From a virus, in the IMG/VR virus record IMGVR_UViG_3300043672_000009, positions 1 through 63,421 of that record: DNA of 63,421 nucleotides; one strand, 5' to 3'. The notes beneath the pieces were generated by a model. The model saw nothing but the letters and a program-made list of their open reading frames with translations, did no database searches and was not told the origin of the DNA. This document shows, one piece after another, positions 43,283 to 51,217 of the stretch; within the stretch, counting starts at the first letter, position 1; the number at the start of each line of letters is the position of its first letter. The translations under genes and the position numbers were made by a program.

Positions 43283-43824
43283 GCGCCCGCGATCTGTTGG
43301 CATCGTGCGAGCGCGATGCGCTTGTCAGCGAGTGCGGCATGTTCAGGTACTGGCTGCTTCGCCGGTGGGGATCGGCCCCCATGCTGCTGTTCGTGATGCT
43401 GAACCCCAGCACCGCGGATGCCAGCGTTGATGACGCCACGATCCGCCGGTGTGCGACCTTTGCAGATGCTCACGGGTACGGCGGCTTCTTGGTGGCCAAC
43501 CTTTTCGCCTACCGGGCCACGAAGCCGGCTGACCTGAAGCGCGCCGGCTATCCGGTCGGGCCTGAGAACGACGTGCACATCCGGCGCCTTCTGGGCGAGT
43601 GCGGCCACGTCTGCGTGGCATGGGGCGCCAACGCGGCCGACCTGGAGCGGCCCCAGGTCGTGCTGCCAATGATCCGCAGCGTCGGCATCGTTCCGCTGTG
43701 CCTGGCCATCACCCGAAGCGGCCACCCGCAACACCCGCTGATGCTGGCGAGCGCGTGCCGGCTGCATCCGTTCACCATTGGCGCGATCGAGGACACCATG
43801 TTCAATCGGGAGGCTCTGACATGA
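43279..43824 (+). CDS. DUF1643-family protein (181 aa)
   Basis: FRYWLLRRW...LLFVMLNPSTADASVDDATIRRC...GYGGFLVANLFAYRAT pattern. Confidence 0.75.
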   Translation: MSARDLLASCERDALVSECGMFRYWLLRRWGSAPMLLFVMLNPSTADASVDDATIRRCATFADAHGYGGFLVANLFAYRATKPADLKRAGYPVGPENDVHIRRLLGECGHVCVAWGANAADLERPQVVLPMIRSVGIVPLCLAITRSGHPQHPLMLASACRLHPFTIGAIEDTMFNREALT

Positions 43825-43946
43825 AACGCGCAAGCAGTTGGATTGCCGGCTACGGCTGGGCCTACATCATCAGCATCGTGTTGCGCTGGATCGTTGCCGC
43901 TGGCGTGTGCGTCGTTCTGGCGATGGTGATCGCGGGGGCGCCATGA
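43821..43946 (+). CDS. Small membrane peptide (41 aa)
   Basis: ATGA coupling at both ends. One to two hydrophobic segments. Confidence 0.45.
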   Translation: MKRASSWIAGYGWAYIISIVLRWIVAAGVCVVLAMVIAGAP

Positions 43947-44221
43947 GCCTCACCCCCACCACCGTCAAGTTCAACCTGGACCTGCCGGCCAGGGATAGCA
44001 CCGGGCCGATCAACGACTTCGGCCAGCACAAATTCGTGGTGCTGCGCAAGCTGTCCGAGATGCGCATTGCCACGCGCGCCGAGCTGCTCACCGCCCTGAT
44101 CATGTCGGACGCCCAGGCCACGGCCGCGCTGGACAAGTTGGTCGATGCCGGAATGGTCCGCGATGTCGATGGCTTCCTCACCGTCACCGAGGCTGGGGCG
44201 TCGAAGCTCCTGGCGCTATGA
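43943..44221 (+). CDS. Winged-helix-like small protein (92 aa)
   Basis: KFVVLRKLSEMRIATRAELLTAL...LDKLVDAGMV pattern. Confidence 0.5.
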   Translation: MSLTPTTVKFNLDLPARDSTGPINDFGQHKFVVLRKLSEMRIATRAELLTALIMSDAQATAALDKLVDAGMVRDVDGFLTVTEAGASKLLAL

Positions 44222-44403
44222 CCGACCCAACCGAACACGCGCAGATGTGCGAAGACTGCGAGACGCGCGAGCAGCGCCTGAGCGACTACGAGCGCGGCTT
44301 CGTGGACTCGATCAAGGCCCAGTTGGCAGCCGGTCGCACGCTGTCGAAGAAGCAGGCCGACAAGCTCGAAGAGATCTGGGACCGGGCGACAGACGGCGGT
44401 TGA
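44218..44403 (+). CDS. Small protein (61 aa)
   Basis: ATGA coupling to the previous ORF. Confidence 0.5.
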   Translation: MTDPTEHAQMCEDCETREQRLSDYERGFVDSIKAQLAAGRTLSKKQADKLEEIWDRATDGG

Positions 44404-44450
44404 CACGCCGGCGTGTTAGCACCACATTACAGAAGCACAAGGAGCAGACC

Positions 44451-45215
44451 ATGCGAATCAACGATCCTGAAGACCGCGCCATACGGCTGCACAGCCATGC
44501 CATTGCGGCGGCCAGGGAGCCGAATCCGGCCACGAAGACGGTGCAGAAACCATGCACAGCGGTGTGGGCGGAATCGTTCTCCAAGATCATGGGCGAGGGA
44601 GTTGCGGGCGATCCGGAGCCGGCCATGCGCTGCGGCGTCGATCTGGCAAAGCCAGGGACCGACACGGCGGCGGGTGTGAATAGTCGCAAGCCCAGTGTCA
44701 TTGACGCAATTCATGGCTCCGTGAGACTACCGCCCGGAGGCGCGCTTGCCGTGAATGCTGTCGGAGATGGGTTTGTTGGCGTCAAGCCGCCCAACAACAC
44801 CGCTGACCACGCGGCGTTCGCAATGAAGGCCAACATCGCGGCACACAAGGTCGCAGCATTGCATCGCGAGGGCTCGTGTGGGTTCGGCGCTCTTCTGACA
44901 CAGGCCCGTGTCAGTTGCGGCCTACCAGCGCAGCCGTTCGATGATGAAGACCGCAAGGAGTCATTGAGGCAGTTGGGTGAGAAGTTCGACAAGGCCATGT
45001 TTCTGGCCCTTACCGGTGGCCGCAAGCCCGGCGAGTTCTTCGTTGGAGATCGGGTCTACGTGACAACGCCCGGGATGAGGGGATTGTGCTTCACCCTACT
45101 GCGCAGCGATATGCATAGAAACTGGACCGCGAGGGCGGATGGAAAGAACGATGGAGTCATTTTTGTTCAAGACCATCACATTCGCCTGCTTGACGAACAG
45201 CCCGACGTGTCATGA
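44451..45215 (+). CDS. Hypothetical protein (254 aa)
   Basis: ATG 44451 with AAGGAG 7 nt upstream. Confidence 0.6.
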   Translation: MRINDPEDRAIRLHSHAIAAAREPNPATKTVQKPCTAVWAESFSKIMGEGVAGDPEPAMRCGVDLAKPGTDTAAGVNSRKPSVIDAIHGSVRLPPGGALAVNAVGDGFVGVKPPNNTADHAAFAMKANIAAHKVAALHREGSCGFGALLTQARVSCGLPAQPFDDEDRKESLRQLGEKFDKAMFLALTGGRKPGEFFVGDRVYVTTPGMRGLCFTLLRSDMHRNWTARADGKNDGVIFVQDHHIRLLDEQPDVS

Positions 45216-47815
45216 GCTACGAGGCGTTCCTGAAATCCAAGGTGCGGCTGGCCGAGCCGCATGGCTTTGCTATCGATGCGTCGGAAGTGAGCGCGGTACT
45301 GAAGCCGCACCAGGTTGCCATCGTGGTGTGGATGGTCATGATGGGGCGCGCGGCTTGCTTTGCGGCATTCGGTTTGGGCAAGAGCGTGATCCAACTGGAG
45401 GTTGTGCGCATCATGCGAGCCAGGGCCGGTGGCATGGGGTTGTTGGTAATCCCTCTGGGCGTCCGCGCCGAGTTCATGCGCGACGCCGCCATGCTCGGAA
45501 TCGTCGTCAAGTTCGTGCGCCGCATCGAAGAGTGCGACGACCCGGACGGCATCTACCTTACCAACTACGAGACGGTGCGCGATGGCAAGATGGACCCGCG
45601 CCTTTTCTCCGTGACAAGCCTGGACGAGGCCGCCTGTCTGCGCGGCTTCGGCGGCACCAAAACCTTCCGCGAGTTCATGGCCCTATTCGCCGGTGACGAT
45701 CGCCGCGATCACCTCAATGCCCGCGTGCAGACGAAGTCGGTGCTCTATCGCTTCGTGGCCACGGCCACGCCCAGCCCGAACGACTATGTCGAGTTGCTGG
45801 CCTACAGCGCGTTCCTGGGCGTTATGGACGTTGGCCAGGCGAAGACCCGCTTCTTCAAGCGCAACAGCGAGAAGGCCGACGAGCTGACGATTCACCCTCA
45901 CAAGGAACGCGAATTCTGGTTGTGGTGCGCGAGCTGGGGCCTGTTCGTCCAGCGGCCCAGCGACCTGGGGTTCAGCGATGAAGGCTACGAGTTGCCGCCT
46001 GTCGATGTGCGCTGGCACGAGATCCCGGCCGATCATGCTGCTGCCGGCGAGACGCACTACGGCCAGGGCCTCATGTTCAAAGAGCAGGCTCTGGGTGTGG
46101 TGGAAGCGGCGCGAGAGAAGCGCGACAGCCTGCCGGCGCGCATCAACAAGCTGATGGATCTACGCGCCGAAGACCCGGCAGCCCATCGCGTGATCTGGCA
46201 CGACCTGGAGGCGGAGAGACGCGCGATCGAGCGTGCCATCCCTGGCGTTGTAAGTGTCTTCGGCAGCCAGGAGCTGGACGAGCGCGAGCAGATCGTGGCC
46301 GCCTTCTCAGAAGGCCGCGTGCAGGAGTTGGCCGGGAAGCCTGTGATGCTTGGCAGTGGCTGCAACCTGCAGCGGCACTGCGCCTGGGCCGTGTTCCTTG
46401 GAATCGGCTTCAAGTTCAACGACTTCATCCAGGCCGTGCACCGGCTGCAGCGGTTCTTGCAGACGCGACCCGTTCGCATCGATTTGATTTACACCGAGGC
46501 GGAGCGCGAGGTGCGCCGCCAGCTTGAGCGTAAGTGGAAACAGCACAATGAAATGGTGGCACGCATGACGGAAATCATTCGCGAGTTCGGACTCAACCGG
46601 GCCGCCATGGCCTATACGCTTACGCGCAAGATGGGCGCGGAGCGTGTCGAAGTCAAAGGCGACGGCTTCACTCTGGTAAATAGCGACTGTGTGCCGGAAA
46701 CACGGCGCATGGCCGACAACAGCGTTGGCCTGATCCTTACTTCAATCCCGTTCAGCACGCAATACGAGTACTCGCCGAATTACGCGGATTTCGGCCACAC
46801 AGACACCAATGACCATTTCTTCCAGCAGATGGACTACCTGACGCCTGAACTGATGCGCGTACTGCACCCCGGGCGCCTGGCTGCCATCCACGTCAAGGAC
46901 CGCATCGTGCCGGGCGGAATGACCGGCCTGGGCTTCCAGACCGTCTACCCTTTCCACTGCAAGACCATCGAGCATTTCCAGCGGCACGGCTTCGCCTACA
47001 TGGGCATGAAGACGATCGTCACTGACGTGGTGCGAGAGAACAACCAGACATACCGACTCGGGTGGTCGGAGCAATGCAAGGACGCCAGCAAAATGGGCGT
47101 TGGCATGCCGGAGTACCTGCTGATATTCCGCAAGCCCCCGAGCGACACCTCGAACAGCTACGCCGACAAGCCGGTTGTGAAGCTGAAGCCATTCAGCCTA
47201 GACGCTGACGGCAACATGATCCAGTTCGATCGAGAAAAGCCCATGGTGGTCGGCACCGGCTACTCGCGTTCTCGCTGGCAAGTCGATGCCCACGGTTTCA
47301 CCAGATCATCCGGAAACCGCCTGCTGACACCCGATGAACTGCAGGGCCTGACGCACGCTGACATCTTCAAGATGTTCAAGAATCACTCGCTCGAAACTGT
47401 CTACGACTTCGAGCACCACGTGCGCATCGGAGAGGCGCTGGAAGAGACGGGCCGGCTGCCAGTCACCTTCATGCTTCTGCAGCCGCAGAGCTGGGCTGAT
47501 GATGTGTGGACCGACATCACCAGAATGCTGACACTCAACGGGGCCCAGTCGGCGAAAGGCAAGGAAATGCACCTTTGCCCCTTGCAGTTCGACATCGCGG
47601 ATCGTGTGATTGCGCAGTTCAGCATGCCGGGTGAGACGGTGCTGGACCCGTTTGGCGGCCTGATGACGGTTCCTTATCGAGCCGTCCTCGCCAACCGACG
47701 CGGCTACGGCATCGAACTGAACCCGTCGTACTTCACGGACGGTGCCGCCTACTGCAAGGCTGCGGAGCGTGAAATGAGCATGCCATCCCTGTTTGACGCC
47801 GTTGGTGCCGCATGA
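45212..47815 (+). CDS. Fusion of an SF2 (SNF2/DEAD-like) helicase and a C-terminal N6A/N4C DNA methyltransferase (867 aa)
   Basis: Helicase motifs: I is FGLGKS, II is LDEAACL, VI-like is QAVHRLQRF. Methyltransferase motifs: IV-like is TSIPF (46742-46753), I is VLDPFGGLMT (47639-47668). Confidence 0.85.
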   Translation: MSYEAFLKSKVRLAEPHGFAIDASEVSAVLKPHQVAIVVWMVMMGRAACFAAFGLGKSVIQLEVVRIMRARAGGMGLLVIPLGVRAEFMRDAAMLGIVVKFVRRIEECDDPDGIYLTNYETVRDGKMDPRLFSVTSLDEAACLRGFGGTKTFREFMALFAGDDRRDHLNARVQTKSVLYRFVATATPSPNDYVELLAYSAFLGVMDVGQAKTRFFKRNSEKADELTIHPHKEREFWLWCASWGLFVQRPSDLGFSDEGYELPPVDVRWHEIPADHAAAGETHYGQGLMFKEQALGVVEAAREKRDSLPARINKLMDLRAEDPAAHRVIWHDLEAERRAIERAIPGVVSVFGSQELDEREQIVAAFSEGRVQELAGKPVMLGSGCNLQRHCAWAVFLGIGFKFNDFIQAVHRLQRFLQTRPVRIDLIYTEAEREVRRQLERKWKQHNEMVARMTEIIREFGLNRAAMAYTLTRKMGAERVEVKGDGFTLVNSDCVPETRRMADNSVGLILTSIPFSTQYEYSPNYADFGHTDTNDHFFQQMDYLTPELMRVLHPGRLAAIHVKDRIVPGGMTGLGFQTVYPFHCKTIEHFQRHGFAYMGMKTIVTDVVRENNQTYRLGWSEQCKDASKMGVGMPEYLLIFRKPPSDTSNSYADKPVVKLKPFSLDADGNMIQFDREKPMVVGTGYSRSRWQVDAHGFTRSSGNRLLTPDELQGLTHADIFKMFKNHSLETVYDFEHHVRIGEALEETGRLPVTFMLLQPQSWADDVWTDITRMLTLNGAQSAKGKEMHLCPLQFDIADRVIAQFSMPGETVLDPFGGLMTVPYRAVLANRRGYGIELNPSYFTDGAAYCKAAEREMSMPSLFDAVGAA

Positions 47816-48480
47816 ACCAAACACCGAAGACGGGCCGCCCGTCCCCAATGCAAGACGCCATCCGAGAGGTCCTGACCGCCGGCCCGGCGCTTGGCATGAC
47901 CTTGGTGGAGATCCGCGAGGCCACCGGCCGCAAGGCGCAGCAAACCGCGAACACGCTGAAGCACATGCTGAACGTGGGCAGCATCTTCTGGGTGTATGTG
48001 AAGCCGCGTTCCAGGTACTTCCTCACTGAGGCCGCTGCTGAGGCCTCCAGGCCGGCAGTGATGGAGGCCGAGAAGGTGCTGCGCAAGGAGATGCGTCAGG
48101 CGTCCATCGCGCGTTCCGTGATCGCCAAGCGTGAGCGGAACGCCGCGAACCCAGATCGACGGCCACTCGGGCGGCCCCGCAAAACGGCGCAGGAGAAGGC
48201 CGCGCAGCCGAAGCACAAGGCGGAGGGCGGCCACTGCTGGAAGCGCGTGCCGGCCCAAGCAAGCGCCTCAGAGATGCCGCTGTTGGTGCCATCATCACCG
48301 CCGCGGAAAGTGAGGGCGCCAGCCGGTCCGCCCGTAGTGATCTGGCCGGCGCACGTGAAGGTGAAGAAGTCGCCACCCAAGAAGGACATGCGCTTCGCGC
48401 CCGATGATGGCTTCGTCGGTGAGTTCGTGAAGGCGGGCATTGGGCGCTACCTGCAGACGCAGGAGGAAGCGGAATCGTGA
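47812..48480 (+). CDS. Winged-helix N-terminal domain protein with a basic linker (222 aa)
   Basis: IREVLTAGPALGMTLVEIREATGRKAQQTANTLKHMLNVGSI. Confidence 0.55.
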   Translation: MNQTPKTGRPSPMQDAIREVLTAGPALGMTLVEIREATGRKAQQTANTLKHMLNVGSIFWVYVKPRSRYFLTEAAAEASRPAVMEAEKVLRKEMRQASIARSVIAKRERNAANPDRRPLGRPRKTAQEKAAQPKHKAEGGHCWKRVPAQASASEMPLLVPSSPPRKVRAPAGPPVVIWPAHVKVKKSPPKKDMRFAPDDGFVGEFVKAGIGRYLQTQEEAES

Positions 48481-48698
48481 GCCAACAAGACCCGCCAATG
48501 TCGCTAGCTTCCGAGATGCTTCTGCGCGACGTGCGGCAACTCGTCAAACGTTATGGCTCGGCCGTGGTCACTGGTTTTGTATTGCGATCAAGTGGCGGCA
48601 CCCGCGATTGGCCAGAGGACCCAGGTGTCAAGATCGTTGACGTGAAACTGAGCTACTTTGGCGACGACTTCGACCGCTTCACGTTTGGGCCGTCATGA
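48477..48698 (+). CDS. Small protein (73 aa)
   Basis: Overlap coupling at both ends. Confidence 0.5.
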   Translation: MSQQDPPMSLASEMLLRDVRQLVKRYGSAVVTGFVLRSSGGTRDWPEDPGVKIVDVKLSYFGDDFDRFTFGPS

Positions 48699-49216
48699 GC
48701 GACACGTTCGAGGTTGTGCTCCAGCCCGACAACCCGGGCGACTTCCGCGACGCCTTCACGCGGGCCTACCGATTCGCCGAGGTGATGCTGCGCAACGGTG
48801 AGCGCATGCGGCTGCGCGTGGAGATCGATGACAACGACGTGCGGCATGCCCAGCGCAAGTTTCTACACGGGATCGTGTTCAAGCAGATCAGCGAGCAAGT
48901 GCGCGTTGGCGATACCGGAGAGCGCTACGTCATATCCATCTGGAAGGAGTATTACCGCAAGCTGTTTCTGCCCGACGTGTGGGAGCACTACAAGCTCCCC
49001 GGAGAGAAGCGGGCCACACCGCGCCGGGTGCGCCAATCCACGGAAGACTTGGGCGTCAAGGCGTACGCGGAGTACACCGAGCGCGTGACAGCCCACGCAG
49101 AAACCGAATGGGGCGTCGAGTTCGTCTTCGAGGAAGACGGCCAAGAGTACCTCCGTCGCAAGCCTGGCAGCCGCCAGAACCCGAAGCACAAGCCAATCCT
49201 GAAGGCGGTTGCGTGA
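48695..49216 (+). CDS. NinB/Orf-like recombination mediator (173 aa), tentative
   Basis: HAQRKFLHGIVFKQISEQ...WKEYYRKLFL pattern, and a nin-region-like context. Confidence 0.45.
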   Translation: MSDTFEVVLQPDNPGDFRDAFTRAYRFAEVMLRNGERMRLRVEIDDNDVRHAQRKFLHGIVFKQISEQVRVGDTGERYVISIWKEYYRKLFLPDVWEHYKLPGEKRATPRRVRQSTEDLGVKAYAEYTERVTAHAETEWGVEFVFEEDGQEYLRRKPGSRQNPKHKPILKAVA

Positions 49217-49237
49217 CGCAACAAAGTGGAGCGCAGA

Positions 49238-50248
49238 ATGACTGAAAACACGAAGATCGAATGGGCCGATAGCACGTTCAACCCATGGACCGGTTGCACA
49301 AAGGTCGGCCCAGGCTGCGACCACTGCTACGCCGAGGGCTGGGCCAAGCGCAGCGGCAACGTGCAATGGGGTCCGCACGCCGAGCGGCGCCGCACCACAC
49401 CAGCGAACTGGCGCAAGCCGCTGCAGTGGGAGCGCGATCACCAGGCGTTCCATGCCCAGCACGGCCGCCGGCAGCGCGTGTTCTGCGCCTCGCTGGCCGA
49501 CGTGTTCGACAACGCAGTGGATCCGGCTTGGCGAGCCGAGCTGTTCGCGCTCATCGATCGGACGCCGCACCTGTGCTGGTTGCTGCTTACCAAGCGCATA
49601 GGGAACGTGGCGGCCATGGTTCAGGTACCAGGCATGCAGAAGTGCGGACTGCCTCCCAACGTCTGGCTCGGTGCTACTGTGGTCAACCAGGAAGAGGCGG
49701 ACCGCGACATTCCAAAGCTGCTGGCCGTGCCGGCGCGTGTGCGGTTCTTGAGCATCGAGCCGATGCTGGGACCGATCGACCTCGGGCTGCAGTGCGAGAA
49801 CTGGTCCGACGACATCATCATGGACCCCGAGACTGGCGCATTCGAGTGCTGCAAGGCCTGCGACTACACCGGCATCGGCAATGCCATCGACTGGGTGATA
49901 TGTGGCGGCGAGAGCGGCCCCGGCGCGAGGCCGATGCATCCCGACTGGGCCCGTTCGCTGCGTGACAAATGCGCCAGTGCCGGCGTGCCGTTCCTGTTCA
50001 AGCAATGGGGCGAGTGGGCCGAGCACGACAGCCACCGGGCGGTACGCACCGTCAGCATGGACACCGATATCGGCCAGACGCTGGCCACACGCTGCGAAGG
50101 CTTTATCAGCCGGTCCGGCGAGTTCGTGCGAGACATGGCCTACGCCACTACCGACGATCCATACCGCGGCATGGTGCACGTCGGCAAGAAGGTGGCAGGC
50201 CGCCTGCTGGACGGCGTGGAGCACAACGGCTTCCCGTCGCCCACATGA
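49238..50248 (+). CDS. Phage Gp37/Gp68 (DUF5131) family protein (336 aa)
   Basis: TKIEWADSTFNPWTGCTKVGPGCDHCYAE N-terminal signature. Confidence 0.8.
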   Translation: MTENTKIEWADSTFNPWTGCTKVGPGCDHCYAEGWAKRSGNVQWGPHAERRRTTPANWRKPLQWERDHQAFHAQHGRRQRVFCASLADVFDNAVDPAWRAELFALIDRTPHLCWLLLTKRIGNVAAMVQVPGMQKCGLPPNVWLGATVVNQEEADRDIPKLLAVPARVRFLSIEPMLGPIDLGLQCENWSDDIIMDPETGAFECCKACDYTGIGNAIDWVICGGESGPGARPMHPDWARSLRDKCASAGVPFLFKQWGEWAEHDSHRAVRTVSMDTDIGQTLATRCEGFISRSGEFVRDMAYATTDDPYRGMVHVGKKVAGRLLDGVEHNGFPSPT

Positions 50249-50544
50249 GCCGAATCACCGCCAGCGCCCGCAACGAAGACTGCACCATCCGCCTGCCCGG
50301 CATCTGCACCTTCGACCCCGCCAAGACGATTTGGTCACACGCCAGGTGGGGCCGCGCCGGCAAAGGCAGGAGCATCAAGCCGATGGACCTGTGCGGGGCG
50401 TACGCGTGCACAGCCTGCGATGCTGCGTTTGACCAGTTGCAAGGCGCCAAGGCCGCTGGCCTGACCCGCGCGCAGATCGATGCCGACTGGATGATGGGCC
50501 ATCTGGAGTCTTTGGTGAAGCTGCGGGCGAAGGGGCTGGTTTGA
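50245..50544 (+). CDS. DUF1364-like Cys-rich protein (99 aa)
   Basis: CTIRLPGICTFDPAKTIWSHAR...KPMDLCGAYACTACDAAFD. Confidence 0.65.
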   Translation: MSRITASARNEDCTIRLPGICTFDPAKTIWSHARWGRAGKGRSIKPMDLCGAYACTACDAAFDQLQGAKAAGLTRAQIDADWMMGHLESLVKLRAKGLV

Positions 50545-50894
50545 AGCGCTCCGACATGGATGCCATGATGAACCGGTTGGCCTGCACGCGCCCGGAACTG
50601 CCCACGGCAATCCTCTCGGACAGCACCATCGAGCCTGGCAGCGTGATGGTGGCAGTGCGCACCGTGGCCGGCAGTTTGATGATTGCCATCGATGCGAAGG
50701 AGTGGGACCCGCTGCGGGCTGCGGAGGCCCTGGGCTTCCAGGTGCCCGGCTCGATCAGGAAGGTGGCCCAGGAGACGATGGCGGGCCGGTGGACGAAGGA
50801 TGCTCAGGACCGCCGAGCCCGGGCTGCGGCAGAGGCTGCAAAGGTCGCCGCAGAGAAGGCGCCCGCGAAGCCAGCCAAGAAGGCGAGGCCATGA
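50541..50894 (+). CDS. Last rightward gene, hypothetical with a Lys/Ala-rich tail (117 aa)
   Basis: ORF track. ATGA-type coupling. Confidence 0.55.
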   Translation: MKRSDMDAMMNRLACTRPELPTAILSDSTIEPGSVMVAVRTVAGSLMIAIDAKEWDPLRAAEALGFQVPGSIRKVAQETMAGRWTKDAQDRRARAAAEAAKVAAEKAPAKPAKKARP

Positions 50895-50966
50895 TGGCGA
50901 CGTGCACCGCCACCGCCACGAGGCCCCACGGACCGAAGGCGGCCATCAGGGCGGTGTAGCCGAGTG

Positions 50967-51209
50967 CTATGGCTGCGCCAGAGAGCATGCGCCGCCGCCC
51001 AGCATGCGCAGCAGATCACGGTATGCGTCAATACCTCGAATGTCCTGGCCAATGTGCAGCGGCTCGGTACACGTTGCATCAGCCGGTATTGTGACGCCGC
51101 TGATTTTGCTGGCCGCTGACGATGCAGTTTCGGCCTGCAGGTGTGTCGACACTATCGCGCCGTCTTTGATTACAAGGTGCGAGTGTCTGCTTATGTCGAT
51201 TGGTTTCAC
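50967..51209 (-). CDS. Small protein downstream of the tailspike (~80 aa); possible RBP chaperone/accessory
   Basis: GTG 51209 with AGGAG overlapping the tailspike stop (TAGGAGAAGAAGTG). Confidence 0.5.
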   Translation of the reverse strand: MKPIDISRHSHLVIKDGAIVSTHLQAETASSAASKISGVTIPADATCTEPLHIGQDIRGIDAYRDLLRMLGGGACSLAQP

Positions 51210-51217
51210 TTCTTCTC

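Noticed and set aside
50755-50988. 77-aa minus-strand ORF starting with a TM-like segment (MLSGAAIALGYTALMAAFGPWGLVAVAV)
   Set aside because: It overlaps the 3' 140 nt of the better-supported plus-strand gene (50541-50894) in antisense, and its second half is Pro/Ser/Gly junk. It is kept only as a remote possibility of a short membrane peptide.
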